A stretch of DNA of 64,000 nt from Butyricicoccaceae bacterium (lineage in GTDB: Bacteria; Bacillota; Clostridia; Lachnospirales; Lachnospiraceae): NCBI GenBank assembly GCA_963659815.1, contig CAVKUW010000115.1, positions 22,193-86,192 on the forward strand. Reading direction: 5' to 3'. A program made the position numbers and the translations under genes. Of the stretch, positions 40,324 through 49,716 are shown piece by piece (position 1 is the first letter of the stretch; each line of letters starts with the position of its first letter). The notes under the pieces were generated by a model. That model worked only from the letters and a program-made list of their open reading frames with translations. It did not search any database and was not told the origin of the DNA.

Positions 40324-40719
40324 ATGAGAAAAAAATTGATGGATTTTATGCGTGGTAGAAATGGAACGGATCAGTTTTCCTTGTGTATGATGTGGGTGGC
40401 CTGCTTCTTCGTTTTTATAGATGTGTTTGTAAGAAGTAATATACTCAGCACGATCGCATTTGTGACGTTCGTATTTGCATATTTTCGTATGTTCTCCAGA
40501 AATATTGATAAACGAAGGGATGAAAATACATGGTTTTTAAACAAGACATATAAATTACGTATGTGGGGGCGGAAAGAAAAAAGCCACATGACGTTGCGTA
40601 GGACGCATCACATCTACCGTTGCCCGGAGTGTAAGCAGAAGCTTCGTGTTCCGCGTGGAAAAGGAAGGATCGAGATACGATGTCCAAAGTGCAATGCGCG
40701 GTTTATAAAGAACAGTTAG
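40324..40719 (+). CDS. Membrane protein with C-terminal zinc ribbon
   Basis: GRNGTD, two TM helices, CPEC...RVPRGKG...CPKC. Confidence 0.8.
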   Translation: MRKKLMDFMRGRNGTDQFSLCMMWVACFFVFIDVFVRSNILSTIAFVTFVFAYFRMFSRNIDKRRDENTWFLNKTYKLRMWGRKEKSHMTLRRTHHIYRCPECKQKLRVPRGKGRIEIRCPKCNARFIKNS

Positions 40720-40748
40720 AGAGCGTAACAGGATTCGGAGGTAGGACA

Positions 40749-41600
40749 ATGTTTGGATATGTGACGGTGAATAAGCCGGAAATGAAAGTCAAAGATTACG
40801 AGAGGTATCGCATGTATTATTGTGGTGTCTGTCATGCACTCCGGAATACTGACGGTGTGGTGGGACAGATGTCGCTCACTTATGATTTAACATTTGCCGC
40901 GGTTCTTCTGACCGCATTATATGAACCGGAAACGCAGATGAAGGAAGCAACGTGTATGGTGCATCCGGTTGGAAGGAAAAAATATCTGGAGAATGAAATC
41001 ATACAGTATGTCGCGGATATGAACCTTATTCTGACCTACTACAAATGTCTTGATGACTGGGCGGATGACCGGAAATTCACCAGACTTTGTTACAGCAGCT
41101 TTATACGGAAGCGTGTACGCAGGATAGGCCGGGTCTATCCGGAAAAGCTGGCGAAGCTTCGGGAGTCTCTGCGGACATTATCTGCCTGCGAGCGAAAAGC
41201 TGTCACGAATCTGGATTTGCTTGCCGGAACCTTCGGTGATATCATGGCAGATATCCTAGTATATAAGCCGATGCATGGGATTGACTGGTCAGAGGAGCTA
41301 CGGAGACTTGGATACCAGCTTGGCAAATTCATCTATATTCTGGATGCATACGATGATGTGCAGGAGGATATCGAGAAGAAACGGTTCAATCCACTGAAAG
41401 AGCTGTACCATGAGCTGCCGAAAGAGCAGTTCGACAATTATATGAAGGAAATCCTTATGATGATCGCCGCCGATATGGCGAAAATCTATGAGTGTCTGCC
41501 GATTGTCGAGGAGACTGCAATCCTCCGAAACATCATCTATTCCGGAATCTGGGTAAGGTTCATGACGAAACAAAATGACACAGAAAACGGTAAGCAATAA
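40749..41600 (+). CDS. DUF5685-like protein
   Basis: MFGYV, YYCGVCHAL, LTYDLTF, DDWAD, YILDAYDD. Confidence 0.75.
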   Translation: MFGYVTVNKPEMKVKDYERYRMYYCGVCHALRNTDGVVGQMSLTYDLTFAAVLLTALYEPETQMKEATCMVHPVGRKKYLENEIIQYVADMNLILTYYKCLDDWADDRKFTRLCYSSFIRKRVRRIGRVYPEKLAKLRESLRTLSACERKAVTNLDLLAGTFGDIMADILVYKPMHGIDWSEELRRLGYQLGKFIYILDAYDDVQEDIEKKRFNPLKELYHELPKEQFDNYMKEILMMIAADMAKIYECLPIVEETAILRNIIYSGIWVRFMTKQNDTENGKQ

Positions 41601-41686
41601 TTGCGAAACAAGTTTCAATACAGTGTATATAGAATGAATAGATATGGAAATATACGTTTACTATGAATTGGTTGTTTCGCAATTAT
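41597..41686. mobile_element. Internally deleted copy of element B
   Basis: Perfect 15-bp TIR ATAATTGCGAAACAA / TTGTTTCGCAATTAT; interior matches the right arm of 10680-10973. Confidence 0.75.
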
Positions 41687-41707
41687 GGGAGAAAGAAAGG
41701 AATTAGT

Positions 41708-42349
41708 ATGAAAGATCCTTATGAGGTTCTGGGGCTTCCACATGGTGCCCCAGAAGAAGACGTGAAAAAAGCATATCGAAATCTAAGCCGCAAATATCAC
41801 CCGGATGCCAATATTAACAATCCAAACGCGGCACAGGCCGAAGAGAAGTTCAAGGAAGTGCAGGCAGCATATAAGAGTATTATGGACGGAAATACAGGTT
41901 CCTCATATTCCTCGTATGGTAATAACTATGGTGGATTTGATGGCTTTGGCTCGGATGCATTCCGCCGTGCCAGAAATGAAGGTGGCGGTATGAGTCAGGA
42001 TGAGTCACACCTTGCCGCGGCACAGAATTTCATTATGAACCAGATGTTTACAGAGGCACTTCGCACGCTGGAGGATATAGACGACCGGACAGGCAGATGG
42101 TATTATCTAAGTGCGGCTGCAAACTTAGGTGCTGGGAATCAGGCAACGGCGATGGAACACATCGACCGTGCAATCACAATGGAACCGAACAACATGGAAT
42201 ATAAACAGATGAAGCAGCGGATGCAGGGAGGCAGCAGCTGGTATGTGCAGCGGGGCATGGGATATGGAATGCCGGATGTGCGCTCCGATAACTGGTGTAT
42301 GGACATGTGCCTGTTGAATTTACTTTGTAATTGCTGCACACCATGTTAG
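41708..42349 (+). CDS. J-domain protein with TPR and Cys-rich tail
   Basis: DPYEVLG...KYHPD; TPR-like helices; C-terminal [17 protein letters not shown]. Confidence 0.88.
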   Translation: MKDPYEVLGLPHGAPEEDVKKAYRNLSRKYHPDANINNPNAAQAEEKFKEVQAAYKSIMDGNTGSSYSSYGNNYGGFDGFGSDAFRRARNEGGGMSQDESHLAAAQNFIMNQMFTEALRTLEDIDDRTGRWYYLSAAANLGAGNQATAMEHIDRAITMEPNNMEYKQMKQRMQGGSSWYVQRGMGYGMPDVRSDNWCMDMCLLNLLCNCCTPC

Positions 42350-42350
42350 A

Positions 42351-42446
42351 GTCGGCGTCCATGGAGCGGAGCTCCATTTAGGATGACGCCGACGACTTGC
42401 CGCCGAGCAAAGCGAGGGGGCGATTCCCGAAGCGAGGGGCGATACC
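42351..42446. repeat. GC-rich REP-like palindromic element C
   Basis: GTCGGCGTC/GACGCCGAC stem enclosing ATGGAGC-GGA-GCTCCAT; direct repeat AAGCGAGGGG(G)CGAT twice. Confidence 0.6.
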
Positions 42447-42470
42447 ATATTAATTTAAAGAGGAAAAACA

Positions 42471-43139
42471 ATGGAGAAAATCATTTTAGCATCACAGTCT
42501 CCACGCAGACAGGAAATCCTGTCGCTGGGTGGATACAAATATGAGGTGTGCGTATCTTCGGCAGAGGAGCAGCTTCCACCGGAGGAATTGGAGAATCTGA
42601 CACCACAGGAATTGGTCGAAAGGCTGGCGCGTGCGAAAGCAGAAGATGTGTATTACAGGAAATACTGTAAGAATACGAGAGGCTTGCTGATTGGCAGCGA
42701 TCAGACAGCAGGCTCTGCGGAGAAAATTACCGTGATCGGTGCCGATACCGTGGTTGCCGTCGACGGACGTGTGCTGGGAAAACCCGGAACCGGGGAAGAG
42801 GCGAAACAGATGCTGACGCGGTTATCCGGACGGACACATGACGTTTTTACCGGTGTATGTATTCTGTGGACAAACCCGGACACGCAGGGGGAGATACAGG
42901 GAAACAGCTTTCACTGCCATACGAAGGTGACGTTTTATCCGATGTCGGAGAAGGAAATCAATGACTATGTCGCCACGGGTGATTGTATGGACAAGGCCGG
43001 TGCCTATGGTATCCAGAGTGGAGCCGCAAAGTATATCCGGGGTATCGAAGGAGATTATCTGAACGTGGTTGGATTGCCGTTGTCAAAAATTTATCACGTT
43101 TTGCGTGAGAAATTAACAAATCTCACAATAAAAATGTGA
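42471..43139 (+). CDS. maf: Maf-family nucleotide pyrophosphatase
   Basis: ILASQSPRR, GADTVV, DKAGAYGIQ, NVVGLP. Confidence 0.93.
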   Translation: MEKIILASQSPRRQEILSLGGYKYEVCVSSAEEQLPPEELENLTPQELVERLARAKAEDVYYRKYCKNTRGLLIGSDQTAGSAEKITVIGADTVVAVDGRVLGKPGTGEEAKQMLTRLSGRTHDVFTGVCILWTNPDTQGEIQGNSFHCHTKVTFYPMSEKEINDYVATGDCMDKAGAYGIQSGAAKYIRGIEGDYLNVVGLPLSKIYHVLREKLTNLTIKM

Positions 43140-43233
43140 TTAAAACTGAATGAAAATAAACGAAAATAAAGAAATTAGACGAAAAAACTGTCATTATGAC
43201 TAAAAACAGAGATAAAATTTGTCTATTCTGCCG

Positions 43234-43261
43234 TTGAAAAAATATTTAAAAGTGCTACACT
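43234..43261 (+). promoter_or_regulatory. Promoter of candidate sRNA
   Basis: TTGAAA-16-TACACT with TG extension. Confidence 0.6.
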
Positions 43262-43268
43262 AATACAT

Positions 43269-43507
43269 GTAGCAACAAGTTGGGTTGTTGCTTGATTTTT
43301 GCATATCAGCGTCATAGCTTCGTACAGGGGGAAGGGATACGGAGTGTGATGTTGTAATATACACGTGAGCATCAGAGCTCGAAGTTATGTGAAGGTCTTG
43401 TTACGTGTAGCAGTGGTATTTCCTTATGTGACAAAAGAGAGGGTGTTACATAAGGGAATATCATCCAAGGTGGTTACGAAAAGAGGTTGCTTGGCAGCCT
43501 CTTTTTT
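43269..43507 (+). ncRNA. Candidate ~240-nt multi-hairpin sRNA
   Basis: Own promoter, four consecutive G-U-containing hairpins, terminator AAAAGAGGTTGC-TTG-GCAGCCTCTTTTTT. Confidence 0.65.
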
Positions 43508-43508
43508 C

Positions 43509-43537
43509 TTGCACAGAAAAGCATGGACAGGTATAAT
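43509..43537 (+). promoter_or_regulatory. Sigma-A promoter for AAA ATPase operon
   Basis: TTGCAC-17-TATAAT. Confidence 0.7.
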
Positions 43538-43581
43538 AAAACTATGTATGGCGAAATTTAGAGGGAAAGCAGGACATAAAT

Positions 43582-45198
43582 ATGTGGGGATTTCACACGG
43601 TAAAAGTAAAAGAGAACAGCCGGCGGATGTTTGATCTGTGTATGCGGCGTGCGCAGAGCATCGGGCGTGCAGATTATGTCCGCACAGGTGGACGTATGGA
43701 TCTGGCGCATACCTTCCGTACAGACATGCTGCATTTTCTGATTTATCTGGCATATTCCGATGGAACGATGAACAAGGAAGAAATCAAATATATCAACCTC
43801 TTATTTGGAACCCAGTTTGATGAGAAGATGATCCGGGATTATGCGGATCGGTGGGGACTGCGTTCTGAGAGTATCCGCGATCATGCACCGCGGTCGTTAA
43901 ATTCGTTTGTCCGCTCGAATATTGGCGGAGAAACCGGAGAGATCTCCGATGATTATTATGATCTGGTGCAGTTGTATGTCACAACCTTCAACTATATTGG
44001 AAATGATCTGATTGCGTGTAACGAGGAGGTGGCAAATTCCGAGGTGCAGGCACTTTCTTCGTACATTGAGCTGATCACGCAGGAGATTGACCGCGTGCGC
44101 GGCGATATGCAGGAGTACAAACCGACGATTGCATTTAAGCCGGGAAGCAAGGTCAAGCAGGAAGAGACACCAGATTATTCGTACTGGTCCGATACGATGG
44201 AGACACGGCAGACGAAGATTTCCACACCGGAACAGCCGCAGGAAGATACAGTCACGCCGGAGAGATTCCGGACAACAGATACGGCAGATACAGAACAGCC
44301 ATTCCGTATGCGGACGGAACAGCCCGCTGCACAGCCGCTGCCAGACCAGAAGGAACGCAAGAAAGAGTTTAATACAGAGATCGATATACAGACACTGCTT
44401 AAACAGTTAAATGACCTGACTGGTATGCAGAGTGTAAAGACAGAGATCAACAATATGATTAACCTGTTGAAGATCTGCAAGATCCGTCAGGAAAATGGAT
44501 TACAGACACCACCGGTTACGAATCATATGGTGTTCCTTGGCAATCCCGGAACTGGTAAGACGACCGTGGCAAGAATCCTTGCGAAGATCTATCATGGGCT
44601 GGGCGTGCTTTCCAAAGGACATCTGGTGGAGGTAGACCGGTCTGGTCTGGTCGCTGGATATATGGGACAGACGAGTGAGAAGGTTACGGAAGTGATCGAG
44701 AAAGCCAAGGGTGGCATCTTATTTATTGATGAGGCGTATGCTCTTGCAAATGGACAGCAGGGTGATTTCGGACAGGAGGCAATCGACATCCTGAATAAAG
44801 CGATGGAAGATAACCGGGATGATCTGATCGTCATTGCGGCAGGCTATCATGATGAGATGCAGGATTTCTTGGATGCAAATCCGGGACTTCGTTCCCGTTT
44901 CAACCGGACGATCGAATTTCCGAATTATGATGCGGCAGAGTTGTTGGAGATCATGACCAACCGGGCAAAATCACTCGATTATACATTGACGGACGACGCG
45001 GTGCAGTATGTGCAGGATACATTTACAAGTATACTTGCATGTCCGCCGGAGAATTTCGGTAATGCGCGTTCAGTGCGTAATTATCTGGATCGTGTGATTC
45101 ACAATCAGGCAAACCGCCTGATCGCGGAGAATAATTTTAAAGAGGAAGATCTGACGAAGCTCACGCTTGCGGATGTGCAGTCAGAGACACTGGAATAA
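43582..45198 (+). CDS. SpoVK/CbxX-type AAA+ ATPase with TerB-like N-terminal domain
   Basis: GNPGTGKTTVAR, LVAGYMGQT, FIDEAYAL, NPGLRSRF, FGNARSVRN; N-terminal YLAYSDG...EEIKYI. Confidence 0.85.
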   Translation: MWGFHTVKVKENSRRMFDLCMRRAQSIGRADYVRTGGRMDLAHTFRTDMLHFLIYLAYSDGTMNKEEIKYINLLFGTQFDEKMIRDYADRWGLRSESIRDHAPRSLNSFVRSNIGGETGEISDDYYDLVQLYVTTFNYIGNDLIACNEEVANSEVQALSSYIELITQEIDRVRGDMQEYKPTIAFKPGSKVKQEETPDYSYWSDTMETRQTKISTPEQPQEDTVTPERFRTTDTADTEQPFRMRTEQPAAQPLPDQKERKKEFNTEIDIQTLLKQLNDLTGMQSVKTEINNMINLLKICKIRQENGLQTPPVTNHMVFLGNPGTGKTTVARILAKIYHGLGVLSKGHLVEVDRSGLVAGYMGQTSEKVTEVIEKAKGGILFIDEAYALANGQQGDFGQEAIDILNKAMEDNRDDLIVIAAGYHDEMQDFLDANPGLRSRFNRTIEFPNYDAAELLEIMTNRAKSLDYTLTDDAVQYVQDTFTSILACPPENFGNARSVRNYLDRVIHNQANRLIAENNFKEEDLTKLTLADVQSETLE

Positions 45199-45199
45199 C

Positions 45200-46537
45200 A
45201 TGCATAAACAATGGATCAAGGATGGGCTAAGTGAATATCTGAGTGATGCGCATGCGGCATGGCACATGCCGGGGCATAAGCGGAAAGCCTGCTATGGAGA
45301 TTTTCAGGACGCATTTCTCGCATGGGATGTGACGGAGGTGCCGGGGACAGATGATCTGTATCTGCCGGAGGGATTTATCGGGGATTCACTTGCCATGCTG
45401 AAGGAAATCTACCAGACCTGTGGCACGTATTACGTGGTAAATGGTGCGACGGGAGGTATCTTCACGGCAATCGCGGCATGCACGAAGCCGGGCGATGCGA
45501 TCCTGATTGCAAAAAACTGCCACAAATCGGTCTACAATGCGGCGGCGATGCTGCAGCGACAGACGATCTATGTGGAGCCGACATGGAAGAAGGATTCAGC
45601 AGATACCTTTGCATTTACATCATTTATTGATGGGTATGTCGATGCCGATGATGTTGAAAGGCTGTGTGAGTCTCACCCGGAGATCGCGGCGGTTGTAGTG
45701 ACATCGCCGACATACGAGGGCGTCATATCCGACATTGCGCAGATTGCACGTGTGGCACATGCACATCATGTGCGGGTGATCGTGGACGAAGCACATGGGG
45801 CGCATCTGCCATTTTTGATGCCAGAATATTCTGCGATCCGCATGGGTGTGGATGTCGTTGTACAGAGTCTGCATAAGACGCTTCCAGCGATGACGCAAAC
45901 AGCGGTGCTCCATGTCTGTACGGAAGAACTGGTGAAGCCGGTGGAGCAGGCATTGGAGATATTCTTAAGTTCTTCACCATCGTATATTTTCATGTTGAAT
46001 ATGGAAGCGGCAATCTGCTATATGGCAGATCATGATTTTACGGAATACGAAGCCTATTTGCAGCAATTCCGGGAGAACTGCGCGAAGCTTCCGCAGATTT
46101 CCATGATAGAGAGAGAAGCGGTATGTGCTGCGGGTGCATATGGATACGATGAGACGCGGCTTGTGTATTCTGCATCTGTGCCGGGACCGGAGCTACTTAC
46201 GATGCTTGCGGACAAAGGCAGTGTAGTCTGTGAGATGGCAGGCAGAAAGCATGTGGTACTGATCTCGACGGTGCGGGACAGTCAGGAAGATTTTGAACGG
46301 TTATACGGGGCACTGCAGATGTGCGATGCCGCTCTGACGAAAGAAGGGGATCATGAGAAAGAGCGATGTGCCGGGCAGGAGGAATTGCAAAAGCTGGTGG
46401 GAACGCGGGCAAAAGCACCAATCTATGTGTATCCGCCCGGAAGCTATATTGTGAACACCGGGGAGCTTATTACAGTAGAGACCGTGGAGAGGCTTTGTGC
46501 GTATCAGGCAGCGGGACTGCATATCCGGGGCATTTAG
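45200..46537 (+). CDS. PLP-dependent Orn/Lys/Arg decarboxylase family
   Basis: HMPGHK, NCHKS, SPTYEG, VDEAHGAH, QSLHKTLP. Confidence 0.9.
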   Translation: MHKQWIKDGLSEYLSDAHAAWHMPGHKRKACYGDFQDAFLAWDVTEVPGTDDLYLPEGFIGDSLAMLKEIYQTCGTYYVVNGATGGIFTAIAACTKPGDAILIAKNCHKSVYNAAAMLQRQTIYVEPTWKKDSADTFAFTSFIDGYVDADDVERLCESHPEIAAVVVTSPTYEGVISDIAQIARVAHAHHVRVIVDEAHGAHLPFLMPEYSAIRMGVDVVVQSLHKTLPAMTQTAVLHVCTEELVKPVEQALEIFLSSSPSYIFMLNMEAAICYMADHDFTEYEAYLQQFRENCAKLPQISMIEREAVCAAGAYGYDETRLVYSASVPGPELLTMLADKGSVVCEMAGRKHVVLISTVRDSQEDFERLYGALQMCDAALTKEGDHEKERCAGQEELQKLVGTRAKAPIYVYPPGSYIVNTGELITVETVERLCAYQAAGLHIRGI

Positions 46538-46574
46538 AAAACAGGGGGATGAATGATGAGACAGGAGAAACGAT

Positions 46575-47303
46575 ATGAATGTATTGATATGTGATGATGA
46601 AAGACGCGACCTGCAGATGGTACGGCTGCATGTGGAGCAGTTCAGCAAGGATCAGCAGATCAACGTGAGTATTTATACGCTATGGAATCCTAAATCTTCG
46701 GCAGAGATTATGGCATTAGCGGAGAAACATGAGATGGATGTTGTGTTTTTGGATATTGATATGCCGCATATATCGGGTGATGCGATTGCCGGTGCACTCA
46801 CGGAAAAGTATCCGTCAATCCGGATCATATTTTTTACGAACCGGGGCGAGATGGTTTATGACATGCTCAAATACAAGCCATTCCGGTTTATTCAGAAGGC
46901 AGAACCGTGGAAGATCGACACGGCATTGATGAATCTGTCGAAACAGATGATGACGGATGGGCATATCCTGATCGAGAAAGCAAAAAATGAAGTGACGGAT
47001 GCCGCTGCGGGAGAAATCATGTATATTGAGGCAGCCAAACATCAGATCATCTATCATTTAGAGGGAGAAGTGATCGTCTCAAAGGGGAGCATGGCTAAGA
47101 TCGTGAAGGTGCTGTGGGAATATGGCTTTATACGCGTGCATGTGGCGTATGTGGTGAACATACGGTACATCAAGCAGATAGGCAGGAAAGAACTGCTTTT
47201 GCTGGATGGAACGGTATTGCCAATCAGTGGAAGCTATAAGGAAGAGACGATGAGAAATTATAAAATGTTACTGGAGCGGATCAGGTATGGAGAGTCTCAT
47301 TGA
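46575..47303 (+). CDS. agrA: LytTR response regulator (AgrA-like)
   Basis: ICDDE, FLDIDMP, FIRVHVAYVVN; upstream of GHKL kinase and agrB. Confidence 0.8.
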   Translation: MNVLICDDERRDLQMVRLHVEQFSKDQQINVSIYTLWNPKSSAEIMALAEKHEMDVVFLDIDMPHISGDAIAGALTEKYPSIRIIFFTNRGEMVYDMLKYKPFRFIQKAEPWKIDTALMNLSKQMMTDGHILIEKAKNEVTDAAAGEIMYIEAAKHQIIYHLEGEVIVSKGSMAKIVKVLWEYGFIRVHVAYVVNIRYIKQIGRKELLLLDGTVLPISGSYKEETMRNYKMLLERIRYGESH

Positions 47304-48564
47304 AATATTTGCAAATACATTGGATGCTATATTAGGTATCGTGTTTCTCACGATGATACTTGGCAAAAAGAAGAGCATGCCGAAATGGCTGTTTGTCGTA
47401 CTGGCGGTGATTGTCCCGGTGGGAAATGTTGTCTTACAGAGAGTATTTCCGGACAGCCCGGAGAACAATATTGTCTATATTGCACTTACCATATTCTTTG
47501 GCTTTGTGTGTACAAATGGAAAACATTCAGAGAAGATCATATATGTCGCGATCTGGAATATCCTGCTTATGGCATGTGGACTGATCTTTGCATCCGTTTA
47601 CGGGTATGTCGTGCGCGGTACGAACGGTATGGAATGGGAGATGGATGCGATACAGCGGCTGCATTATATCATGGGTTCGAAGATGAACCTGATCCTGTGT
47701 ACGCTTCTGGTCATGGTAATCCTTAAGAAAACCCAGATGAAATCTGCAATGCCGGTTATGAATGCTGTCGTGTTCGTGATCAGTATTTTGATTGGCATTA
47801 TCTTAGACATTATGCTGGACTATCCGTATCTTGACAAAAAGGGAAAGATTGCAATCGGAATCGCGATGGTCGGTATTCTGGCAATCAATGTGTTTGTCTA
47901 TGTAGCAACGTATCAATTAAATAAAAGCCAGAAGCTGCTGATGGAAAATCAGCTTCTCCGTATGTCACAGGAAGAGCAGAAAGAGGGAATGGAGCGCATG
48001 ATGCGTCTGCAGGAGAAGAACCGGGTGCTCCGGCATGACCTGCGCCATTATTTCACACTCTTTCGGGAAATGCTTGCGAATGGAAATGTGGAAGAAGCAC
48101 AGAAATATGTGGAGGATGTTTTAAACACAAAGCTTCAGCCAGAAGGTGTCTATATGACCGGCGATGAGATCTTAGATGCCGTGCTGAATCATTGCGATGG
48201 AATCTGCCGGCAGAAACAGATCACGTTCCGGACGGAGATCAGTGCACATTTGCCAGAGGGACAGATGGAGTTTGCGATTGCACTGCTGAATCTGTTGGAG
48301 AATGCAATCGAAGCAGAGGAGCTGGAAGAGGACAAGCTGATCGAACTGCAGATCTACGAGAGTGCGGGCTTGTTGTTGGTAACTGTCCGGAACCGGATCA
48401 GCCAGTCGGTGATGGAGAGTAATCCGGAGCTTCGCACGCGGAAAGCGGATGCGAGTCTGCATGGACTCGGAAGAAAGAGTGTGAAGAAGCTGATCCGGGA
48501 TATGGAAGGCTCCTTCTATGAGGAAGAACGAAACGGATTTTTCATCTCGAATATCGTCGTATAA
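47287..48564 (+). CDS. agrC: AgrC-like GHKL sensor kinase
   Basis: About 6 TM helices, RHDLRH, NLLENAIEA, HGLG. Confidence 0.82.
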   Translation: MESLIEIFANTLDAILGIVFLTMILGKKKSMPKWLFVVLAVIVPVGNVVLQRVFPDSPENNIVYIALTIFFGFVCTNGKHSEKIIYVAIWNILLMACGLIFASVYGYVVRGTNGMEWEMDAIQRLHYIMGSKMNLILCTLLVMVILKKTQMKSAMPVMNAVVFVISILIGIILDIMLDYPYLDKKGKIAIGIAMVGILAINVFVYVATYQLNKSQKLLMENQLLRMSQEEQKEGMERMMRLQEKNRVLRHDLRHYFTLFREMLANGNVEEAQKYVEDVLNTKLQPEGVYMTGDEILDAVLNHCDGICRQKQITFRTEISAHLPEGQMEFAIALLNLLENAIEAEELEEDKLIELQIYESAGLLLVTVRNRISQSVMESNPELRTRKADASLHGLGRKSVKKLIRDMEGSFYEEERNGFFISNIVV

Positions 48565-48675
48565 AGTCGAAAAAGTAAAAAGTATGCTCAAAAAATAACC
48601 AACTTTGCCAGATGGGTTGTAAAATGCCGAAAATCGGGTATTGTAGTAGCAGGAAATGAAGTGAGGAGGAAGCCT

Positions 48676-49260
48676 ATGGAACGTCTTGCATATGCAATCA
48701 CAGATTATTTGCTGCGAAGAGATGTGCTCCAGAAAGAAGACTATGATATCTATGTATATGGATATGCGGTTTTTCTTGAACAGATGTGTCAGGTGATCGG
48801 GTTTATTCTGCTTGGGATAGTCACTAAGAACCTGTTACAGACAGCTTTGTTCTTGGGAACATTTTACCTGATTCGCAGTGCTTTCGGTGGGTATCATGCA
48901 GAGACGTCGCTGGTCTGTATGCTTGTCAGCTATGGTGGCTGGGGTGCGGTCATGATACTTTCACGGTACATGGAAGCATACCTGAAAGTACCGGTCGTGC
49001 TTTGGATTGTGCTTGCCGCAGATCTTTGTGTATTTGCGATACTCGGTCCGGTTGCACATGCAAATAAGCCGCTGAACGCAGAGCAGAAAAGGCGGAACAA
49101 ACGAAACGGATTTCTCGTTTTAGGGATTGGCTCTTTGCTGGCATTTCTTTGGAGATCATGTGTGATTGTTGGCACTGTGTATATTGGAACTGTAACCTTT
49201 GTAGCAGTGTTAGCAATGATAGGAAAAAGAAAGGTAGGTACAAGGTATGAAGAAGATTGA
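48676..49260 (+). CDS. agrB: AgrB-family peptide-processing protein
   Basis: YVYG, IRSAFGGYHA...C, PVAHANKPL; RBS GAGGAGG. Confidence 0.9.
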   Translation: MERLAYAITDYLLRRDVLQKEDYDIYVYGYAVFLEQMCQVIGFILLGIVTKNLLQTALFLGTFYLIRSAFGGYHAETSLVCMLVSYGGWGAVMILSRYMEAYLKVPVVLWIVLAADLCVFAILGPVAHANKPLNAEQKRRNKRNGFLVLGIGSLLAFLWRSCVIVGTVYIGTVTFVAVLAMIGKRKVGTRYEED

Positions 49261-49390
49261 AGAACTCGTAGCAAAGATTGGTTACAACACTGCAAAGAAG
49301 ACTGTAAATAGCGCATCTGCATGGCACAGCCATCAGGTAAAGGAGCCGGCAGCAGCACGCGCAAGCCTGCTCAAGGAAGCTTCCAAGTAA
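49247..49390 (+). CDS. agrD: AgrD cyclic autoinducer precursor, 47 aa (absent from ORF track)
   Basis: MKKIEELVAKIGYNTAKKTVNSASAWHSHQVKEPAAARASLLKEASK; overlaps agrB end; followed by terminator. Confidence 0.85.
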   Translation: MKKIEELVAKIGYNTAKKTVNSASAWHSHQVKEPAAARASLLKEASK

Positions 49391-49401
49391 GAAGCGCGCA
49401 G

Positions 49402-49445
49402 AGAAGAAAGGGTAGATGTTCAGGTGCATCTGCCCTTTCTTTTCG
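49402..49445 (+). terminator. Terminator after agrD
   Basis: AGAAAGGGTAGATG...CATCTGCCCTTTCT-TTT. Confidence 0.8.
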
Positions 49446-49524
49446 TTTGCATTTTAAAAATTGGTATGATAAAATAAAGCAACTGTGTGAGACAGGAGGA
49501 CACAGAACTCAAAAGGTAAGAACC

Positions 49525-49670
49525 TTAGCGCCTGGTCCTGAGGGGACGGAAAAAACTCAGGATGACGAGGAGAAACGTGATCGAAAGATTCGGCGGATGC
49601 GTTTCCGCACAAGCTGAGTGCGTATACAGAAAAAAATATGCGGGTAACTGCAAAACAAAGTTCTGTAATC
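49525..49670 (+). ncRNA. glmS ribozyme/riboswitch (3' end approximate)
   Basis: AGCGCC...GACGAGG...ATCGAAAGATTCGGCGGATGC core upstream of glmS; promoter TTGCAT-17-TAAAAT at 49447-49475. Confidence 0.92.
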
Positions 49671-49716
49671 AGCGTGAAAGACATAGAAAATTAAAAATAG
49701 AATAGAGGTAGATATT

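Noticed and set aside
43365..43634. 89-aa ORF in the maf-ATPase interval
   Set aside because: Runs through a terminator and promoter; weak GTG start.
49321..49617. 98-aa ORF after agrB
   Set aside because: Overlaps agrD, its terminator, the glmS promoter and the ribozyme.
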